DNA of 64,000 bases from an uncultured bacterium (GTDB taxonomy: Bacteria > Patescibacteriota > Minisyncoccia > Moranbacterales > UBA2206): positions 5,696-69,695 of the forward strand of contig CAIMLT010000003.1 of NCBI GenBank assembly GCA_903842445.1. The letters run 5' to 3'. Below the pieces are notes generated by a model. It ran no database searches, had not been told where the DNA came from, and saw nothing but the letters and a program-made list of their open reading frames with translations. This document shows positions 57,616 through 64,000 of the stretch, piece after piece. The position numbers and the translations under genes are program-made. Position 1 is the stretch's first letter; every line of letters begins with the position of its first letter.

Positions 57616-58440
57616 TTATTTAATTTTTTTAGTTTGCTTAATGTTAAGAAAATTCTTCTTGGTAGAAATTTTCTTGCCAGTTCTTTTTTCAATATCCTTT
57701 CTGGTACTGCCAGCAACCGCTCCACCTTCCTTGGCATCGCTTTTTAATTTTTCAAAGCCATTTGAATTTCTGTCTTTGTGAATTCTAGTAGTTGTCGCTT
57801 CACCCAGCATCGTGAGAATCAGCTCCAAATCATCCATATGATCACGCAAATTTTCCCGCTTCAAACCCTTGAATTTCTTATAATCCTCTGCCGACATATC
57901 AAAAGTTCCACCCAAAATTTCATTAGTCAAAATCGCATATTCGATTCCTTCCTTTGCTCCACGATTTTTCCATTCGCTGGTCAAACTTTCCCGCACTTCA
58001 ATGCCTCGCATCCGTTTTTCAATCCAACCTTCCGGATAACCCTTAGCGCGATAAATTTCACGGGCACGATTAGCTGCCAGCTCTGGATTTTCAATTTCCC
58101 TGATGCGATCATACCCGACTTTCGCGAGCCATTGTTTAAAAGGTTCAGCTTTGGGTGATGGAACCGATTGAATGATGCGAAGCATTGTTTCCGTGTTGGC
58201 ACAATCAGTTTCGCGCATTTTCCCATCTGGCGCTTCCAGCTTCAACTGTCCGATTTTTTCGGATACTTCAAGATATCCTTCATTTAAGAGCTTTCTCTTT
58301 AAATCGCTCCAGTATTTTCTGGGCCGATCGTTTCCTGCTAAAATTTCAATTGCATCAATAATAGAAAACCACCACTCGCCATCATGCCAAACTTTTCTAA
58401 CTTCCCTGCCTTCAAACAAAACTATTTTTGTGTTTTTCAT
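57616..58440 (-). CDS. BRO-N domain protein (phage antirepressor-like)
   Basis: VRKVW..EWWFSIID, PRKYWSDLK, DGKMRETD, IQSVPSPKAEPFKQWLA, LRDHM. Confidence 0.85.
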   Translation of the reverse strand: MKNTKIVLFEGREVRKVWHDGEWWFSIIDAIEILAGNDRPRKYWSDLKRKLLNEGYLEVSEKIGQLKLEAPDGKMRETDCANTETMLRIIQSVPSPKAEPFKQWLAKVGYDRIREIENPELAANRAREIYRAKGYPEGWIEKRMRGIEVRESLTSEWKNRGAKEGIEYAILTNEILGGTFDMSAEDYKKFKGLKRENLRDHMDDLELILTMLGEATTTRIHKDRNSNGFEKLKSDAKEGGAVAGSTRKDIEKRTGKKISTKKNFLNIKQTKKIK

Positions 58441-58623
58441 ACTTTTTTATTTTAACTTATTATAATGATATAATATCATTATAATAACTTTATGGCAAGT
58501 ACTCGATGATTTTTTGCCATAAAATTATTTTCCTTTTTAAGCAAAGCGATTCTAGCATGTTTATTACTTTTAAATGCACTGCCTGCATTTCTATCCTACC
58601 CCAAATCCTCTTTTTAGCAAACT

Positions 58624-58655
58624 AAAAAGCACCTCAATTTCTCGAAGTGCTTTTT
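58624..58655 (-). terminator. Terminator after rpoC
   Basis: AAAAAGCAC...GTGCTTTTT. Confidence 0.6.
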
Positions 58656-58679
58656 CAAAAGTCTGACTATTTTTAACTT

Positions 58680-61600
58680 CTAGTCTTGTCTTTGAAAACC
58701 GGTTCCTGCTGGAATTAGTTTTCCGATGATTACGTTTTCTTTGAGACCTCTGAGTTTATCTTCCTTGCCAGAAACCGCGGCGCTAATGAGCACTCTGGCT
58801 GTTTCTTGAAAAGAGGCTGCTGAGAGGAAGCTTTCCGTGGAAAGCGCAACTTTCGTGATTCCCAGAAGAATTCGTTCACCAGTCGCTTCTTCACCACCTT
58901 TGGCTTTCGCCCTGAGATTTGCTTCATTAAACTCATCAATTTCAAAAATATCACCCGGCAGAAAATCAGAACTTCCTTCAGTTAAAATCGAAACGCGACT
59001 AAACATTTGCCTCACAATCACTTCAATATGCTTGTCATTAATCCCTTCACCTTGCGCTGCATAGACATCTTGAATTTCGCGAGTAATATAGCGATGCACG
59101 GCTTCACGTCCCATCGTAGCATAAAGTTTTTTGAGATCAATATGACCTTCGCTAAGTTGCGTTCCTTTGGCGACCAGATCTCCAACGGCCACGTTCAGTG
59201 TGCTGCCAATTGAAACTTGATATTCTTTCACTAGGTCAACTGTGTCTGTTGATTCAATTTTAACAATCACTGATTTGTCAGCATTTTCAATTTCCACTAC
59301 TTTTCCATCGATCTCAGAAATAATCGCTTCACCCTTTGGAGGACGCGCTTCAAAGATTTCTTCCACACGTGGCAAACCTTGAGTAATGTCCGATCCGGCG
59401 ATACCTCCAATATGGAAGGTTCTCATAGTCAGCTGAGTTCCCGGTTCGCCAATCGCTTGCGCCGCCACAATTCCCACCGCCTGACCAACTTCTACCAAAT
59501 GTCCTCGCCCAAGATCCATTCCGTAACATTTCTGACAAACTCCGCGTGGAGTTTTGCAAGTTGCCACAGTTCGAATCTTAATTTTTTCTGGGGTTGCTTT
59601 CTCAATCAATTCTCCATCTTCTTTTGTAACTAAACTTCCAGCTTTTACAACCACTTCGCCTTTCGCGCCTAAAATATCTTCAGCCAAAACTCGACCCACG
59701 GCGCGACTGGCAAAATTTTGTCCGATACGATCTGAATCTTCCTTGTAGATATATGCGCCTTCCGTGTCTTGACAGTCCTCTTCGCGCACAATCACATCTT
59801 GCGCCACGTCAACAAGTCTGCGGGTCAAATATCCGGCAGTCGCAGTTCGAAGGGCAGTATCAGCCATACCTTTTCTGGCTCCATGAGTTGAAATGAAATA
59901 CTCGAGCACATTCATTCCTTCTTTAAAACAACTCTTGATCGGTAGTTCGATTGTTTCTCCGGTTGGCCCGGCCATAAGACCCTTCATTCCAGCCATTTGC
60001 ACTACCACTGATTCTGATCCACGAGCTTTAGAATAAACCATTGAATAAACTGGCCCTTCCTTGTCCATCGATTCGCGCACACGATCAGTAATTTTATTTT
60101 TTGTATCATTCCAAATTTCAATCACCTTGCCTTTTCTTTCTTCTTCAGTCAAGAGTCCTAAATTATATTGCTTTTTAATCGTTTCGACTTTCTTTTCCGC
60201 TTCATCCATGATTTCTTTTTTGTCAGTTGGAACACTCAAGTCATCCATTCCCCAACTAATTCCTGATTTTGTGACAGATGCAAAACCAAGATTTTTTATT
60301 TCATCAACAAAAATAGCTGTCGTTTCTTGACCGCAAATTTCAAGCACTTTTGCCACTAAAGATTTCAATTCTTTTTTAGTCATTTCATAATTTTGAAAAC
60401 CGATTTCAGCAGGAACAATATTATTAAGTCTAATTCTTCCAATCGAAGTTTCCAATATTTCATTGCCAAGACGAACTTTAATTTTAGCTCGCACATCAAC
60501 TTGACCTAACTCTTCGGCTAAAATCGCTTCGTTCGCGGATCCAAAGATCCGACCTTCTCCCTTAGCTCCAGCTAAAATATGCGTAATATAATAACAACCC
60601 AAAACCATATCCAAAGTTGGAGTAATAATCGGCTCTCCGCTGGCTGGCTTTAAAAGATTTTTTGAAGAAAGCATAAGATTCGCGCTTTCCCAACGCGCTT
60701 TATCAGTCAGTGGCACATGTACCGCCATTTGGTCGCCGTCAAAGTCAGCGTTGAAAGCTGAGCAAACCATCGGATGAATTTGAATTGCCTTGCCTTCAAT
60801 TAAAACCGGCTGAAAAGCTTGGATAGACAGACGATGAAGAGTTGGGGCGCGATTCAAAAGAACATAATGATGCGAAATAATTTCATCCAAAATGTCATAG
60901 GCTTCTTCTGATTCAGCTTCCACCATTTTTCCAGCTGAGCGAACATTATAAGCTAATTCTCTTTCGATTAATTTATTGATAATGAAAGGTTTGAAAAGTT
61001 CCAAAGCCATTTTCTTTGGCAGTCCGCATTGATGCAATTTCAATTTTGGACCAACCACAATCACACTTCGTCCAGAATAATCCACTCGTTTTCCAAGTAA
61101 GTTCTGACGGAAACGACCTTGCTTGCCTTTTAATGTATCGGCGAGTGATTTCAATGGCCTTCTTTGTCCGGTTGAAGCAGCCACACTAACTTGTGATTTT
61201 CGTGCACTGTTATCAAAAAGAGCGTCGACAGCCTCTTGCAACATTCTTTTCTCATTACGCGTAATCACTTCCGGCGCACCGATTTCCATCAATTTTTTCA
61301 AACGATTGTTGCGATTGATAATTCGGCGATAAAGATCGTTGATATCTGATGTCGCAAAACGACCGCCATCTAGCGCCACCATCGGACGAAGATCTGGCGG
61401 AATAACCGGAATGGCAATTGGAAGCATCCATTCTGGTTTCAATTTTGCATTAACTAAACCATTCAAAAGCTTGATTCTTTTCATCACCTTTTTCTTATCA
61501 GTGATCTCCTCCTCGCTTTCAAGCATTGCTTTGTATTTTGTAATTTCCTCTTCCATATTCAACTCTTCCAAAAGCTTCCTAACTGCTTCCGCACCAATCC

Positions 61601-62273
61601 CAGCTGTAAAAACTTGACCGTAACGAGAAGAAAGATTAAAATATTCAATTTCGGAAATAATCTGATATTTGCGCAGTCCTTTCAATTCTTCTTTGGAAGA
61701 TCGATAAATTTCTTTAAGTCCCTCCAGCTTGGAACGTTTTTTTTCTTCTTCATCTTGAAAATTTTTCTCCAATTCTTTTTGCTTGGATTTGACCTCCTGC
61801 TCAATTTGCACCAAAGCCTTTTCCTTTTCCGCTTCATCCACACTTAAAACAACATAGCTTGAAAAATATATCACTCGCTCCAGATCTTGCACGCCCATTC
61901 CCAAGGCTAATCCGATTTTCGATGGCACTCCACGCAAAAACCAAATATGCGAAACCGGAACAGCCAATTTGATATGCCCCATTCGTTCGCGACGCACAAC
62001 ACTTCTCGTCACTTCCACGCCACACTTATCACAAACTATCCCTTTATAACGAATCCGCTTATATTTTCCGCAATAACACTCCCAGTCTCGTGAAGGCCCA
62101 AAAATTTTCTCGCAGAAGAGTCCATCTTTTTCATAGCGCTGGGTGCGATAGTTGATTGTTTCCGGCTTCGTCACTTCCCCATTGGACCACTCCAATATTT
62201 CCGTTGGACTGGCAATTTTAAGGCGCACGCTACTAAAATTGCTGGTTTTAGTATTAGTAATTGAATCCATCAT
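58680..62273 (-). CDS. rpoC: RNA polymerase beta' subunit
   Basis: [50 protein letters not shown]. Confidence 0.99.
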   Translation of the reverse strand: MMDSITNTKTSNFSSVRLKIASPTEILEWSNGEVTKPETINYRTQRYEKDGLFCEKIFGPSRDWECYCGKYKRIRYKGIVCDKCGVEVTRSVVRRERMGHIKLAVPVSHIWFLRGVPSKIGLALGMGVQDLERVIYFSSYVVLSVDEAEKEKALVQIEQEVKSKQKELEKNFQDEEEKKRSKLEGLKEIYRSSKEELKGLRKYQIISEIEYFNLSSRYGQVFTAGIGAEAVRKLLEELNMEEEITKYKAMLESEEEITDKKKVMKRIKLLNGLVNAKLKPEWMLPIAIPVIPPDLRPMVALDGGRFATSDINDLYRRIINRNNRLKKLMEIGAPEVITRNEKRMLQEAVDALFDNSARKSQVSVAASTGQRRPLKSLADTLKGKQGRFRQNLLGKRVDYSGRSVIVVGPKLKLHQCGLPKKMALELFKPFIINKLIERELAYNVRSAGKMVEAESEEAYDILDEIISHHYVLLNRAPTLHRLSIQAFQPVLIEGKAIQIHPMVCSAFNADFDGDQMAVHVPLTDKARWESANLMLSSKNLLKPASGEPIITPTLDMVLGCYYITHILAGAKGEGRIFGSANEAILAEELGQVDVRAKIKVRLGNEILETSIGRIRLNNIVPAEIGFQNYEMTKKELKSLVAKVLEICGQETTAIFVDEIKNLGFASVTKSGISWGMDDLSVPTDKKEIMDEAEKKVETIKKQYNLGLLTEEERKGKVIEIWNDTKNKITDRVRESMDKEGPVYSMVYSKARGSESVVVQMAGMKGLMAGPTGETIELPIKSCFKEGMNVLEYFISTHGARKGMADTALRTATAGYLTRRLVDVAQDVIVREEDCQDTEGAYIYKEDSDRIGQNFASRAVGRVLAEDILGAKGEVVVKAGSLVTKEDGELIEKATPEKIKIRTVATCKTPRGVCQKCYGMDLGRGHLVEVGQAVGIVAAQAIGEPGTQLTMRTFHIGGIAGSDITQGLPRVEEIFEARPPKGEAIISEIDGKVVEIENADKSVIVKIESTDTVDLVKEYQVSIGSTLNVAVGDLVAKGTQLSEGHIDLKKLYATMGREAVHRYITREIQDVYAAQGEGINDKHIEVIVRQMFSRVSILTEGSSDFLPGDIFEIDEFNEANLRAKAKGGEEATGERILLGITKVALSTESFLSAASFQETARVLISAAVSGKEDKLRGLKENVIIGKLIPAGTGFQRQD

Positions 62274-62403
62274 AATGAGAACGGTAATTGGTTAATTTAC
62301 AATGAGGTGAAAATATTTCTTTCTCCCCCTATCGCAACTAGCTAATTACTTTAAAAAAATTTTAGAGCTAAATTTATCGAGAAACTTAAATGCCTTAATA
62401 TTA

Positions 62404-64000
62404 CTAAATACTTTCGTCATCTTGATTCACACGCACCTCATCGACATCTTCATTTCCAGAAGCACTGGTTTCATTGAGTTCAACATTAAGACCAAGTCCT
62501 TTAAGTTCGCTAACAAGCACATGGAAAGACGCAGGCACGTTTGGACTTTTGATTGGATCACCCTTGATTATTGATTCATAGGCTTTTGAGCGTCCCATCT
62601 GATCATCTGATTTGATGGTAAGCATTTCTTGCAAAGTATAGGAAGCGCCATAACCTTCCAGCGCCCACACTTCCATTTCTCCAAATCTCTGTCCACCAAA
62701 TTGAGCTTTTCCTCCAAGTGGTTGTTGAGTGATTAGGGAATATGGCCCAATTGAACGCATGTGAATTTTATCATCCACCAAATGATGAAGTTTCATCACA
62801 TACATCACACCCACAGTTGATTCATTGTCAAACATTTCTCCCGATCGTCCATTCACCAAACGCACTTTTCCACTCTCGGGCAGTCCGGCTTTTCTCAATT
62901 CTTCCTTTATTTGTTTCTCAGTAACTCCTTCGAGTGCCGGTGTAGCAGCTTTATACCCAAGCTTCAATGCCGCCCAACCCAAATGAGTTTCCAGGATTTG
63001 CCCAATATTCATACGAGATGCAACACCAAGAGGATTTAAAATCATATCCACCGGAGTTCCATCCGGAAGATACGGCATATCTTCAACTGGAGCAATGCGA
63101 GAAATGACACCTTTATTTCCGTGTCGTCCGGCTAATTTGTCTCCGACTGAGATTTTTTTAAGTTGAGCAACTGATACTTGAATTTGTTGGATCACACCCG
63201 TTGAAAGCTTATCGCCTTGCTCACGAGAAAAAATCTTAATATCAACAACTTTTCCGTATTCTCCGTGAGGGAGATAAAGAGAGCTGTCTTTAACATCTCT
63301 AGATTTTTCTCCAAAAATAGCACGAAGAAGTCTTTCTTCAGAAGTCAAATCACCCTCGCCCTTTGGAGAAATTTTTCCAACTAAAATATCGCCCGAAGCC
63401 ACCTCCGCTCCAATCACAATGATGCCAGTTTCATCTAAGTTCTTAAGTCTTTCTTCGCCGATATTTGGGATGTCTCTCGTGATAAGCTCCGGTCCAAGCT
63501 TGGTATCTCGCACATCGATTGAAAAATCTTCAATATGAATTGAGCTATAACGATCATCTTGCACTAATTTTTCTGAAATAATAATTGCATCTTCATAATT
63601 CGAACCTTCCCATGGAATAAAAGCCACCACAATATTTTGTCCAAGAGAAAGTTCTCCATGATCAGTCGAAGCACCATCCGCCAAAAGTTGACCTTTCTCA
63701 ACAATATCCCCTTTCAAAACTCGCGGAACCTGATTCATTGAAGTAAAAGCATTGGATTTAACAAAGCTTTGCAAATGATAATCGCGCTTGAAATATGGTT
63801 TCTTTACTCCAACCGGAGATTCTTCTTTGATGATGATATGATCAGCATCTACTTCTGTCACTTCTCCAGCAGCGCGAGCAACGACCACCTGTCCGGAATC
63901 AACAGCCGCCTTGTCTTCAATTCCGGTTCCGACAAGCGGAGCTTGCGGTTTAACGCAAGACACAGCCTGACGTTGCATATTTGAACCCATCAATGCCCGA
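62404..64000 (-). CDS. rpoB: RNA polymerase beta subunit, C-terminal part (5' end beyond the right edge)
   Basis: [44 protein letters not shown]. Confidence 0.99.
   Translation of the reverse strand, partial: RALMGSNMQRQAVSCVKPQAPLVGTGIEDKAAVDSGQVVVARAAGEVTEVDADHIIIKEESPVGVKKPYFKRDYHLQSFVKSNAFTSMNQVPRVLKGDIVEKGQLLADGASTDHGELSLGQNIVVAFIPWEGSNYEDAIIISEKLVQDDRYSSIHIEDFSIDVRDTKLGPELITRDIPNIGEERLKNLDETGIIVIGAEVASGDILVGKISPKGEGDLTSEERLLRAIFGEKSRDVKDSSLYLPHGEYGKVVDIKIFSREQGDKLSTGVIQQIQVSVAQLKKISVGDKLAGRHGNKGVISRIAPVEDMPYLPDGTPVDMILNPLGVASRMNIGQILETHLGWAALKLGYKAATPALEGVTEKQIKEELRKAGLPESGKVRLVNGRSGEMFDNESTVGVMYVMKLHHLVDDKIHMRSIGPYSLITQQPLGGKAQFGGQRFGEMEVWALEGYGASYTLQEMLTIKSDDQMGRSKAYESIIKGDPIKSPNVPASFHVLVSELKGLGLNVELNETSASGNEDVDEVRVNQDDESI

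Noticed and set aside
57616-58440. Prophage
   Set aside because: Lone BRO-family gene with no integrase, structural or replication genes.
1-64000. CRISPR array, tRNA or rRNA genes
   Set aside because: No regularly spaced direct repeats and no cloverleaf or rRNA-like segment seen; intergenic gaps are short. A covariance scan was not possible.
1-64000. A second VR or target gene for the DGR
   Set aside because: No other match to the TR invariant segments (GAAGAACACCTGG, CACCGCACGAAGCACACCG) seen in this window; remote targets elsewhere remain possible.

Overview
AT-rich bacterial chromosome segment, almost entirely minus-strand coded. It looks like a Patescibacteria (CPR, Parcubacteria-like) genome: rpmD/L30 is absent from the spc operon and S19/L22 carry charged C-terminal tails. 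The right half (30-64 kb) is core housekeeping: rpoB (partial)-rpoC, ftsK, rodZ-like, recA, ndk, rpmB, the str, S10 and spc operons, secY-adk-map, ruvX and argS. The left half has glycolysis genes (gap, fba, tpiA), a murL-murD fusion running off the left edge, a superoxide reductase and a scrambled [NiFe]-hydrogenase locus. That locus holds group 3-like large and small subunits, hypA/C/D/E, a half hypF, NuoE- and NuoF-like subunits, and an [FeFe]-hydrogenase-like subunit that has lost its H-cluster motifs. The standout feature is a complete diversity-generating retroelement (DGR) inserted between hypD and hypE. It comprises a reverse transcriptase (10276-11322, -), an Avd-like gene on the opposite strand (11324-11713, +), a template repeat (11737-11845) and a target gene (12190-12867, -). 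The target's variable repeat (12211-12319) differs from the template at 20 of 109 positions, all template adenines. The window also contains several families of short palindromic REP/MITE-like elements, some nested in each other and inserted in frame in hypE and hypF. Several -10 boxes are placed as expected for leaderless mRNAs. All alignments and counts were done by eye; no database searches were run.
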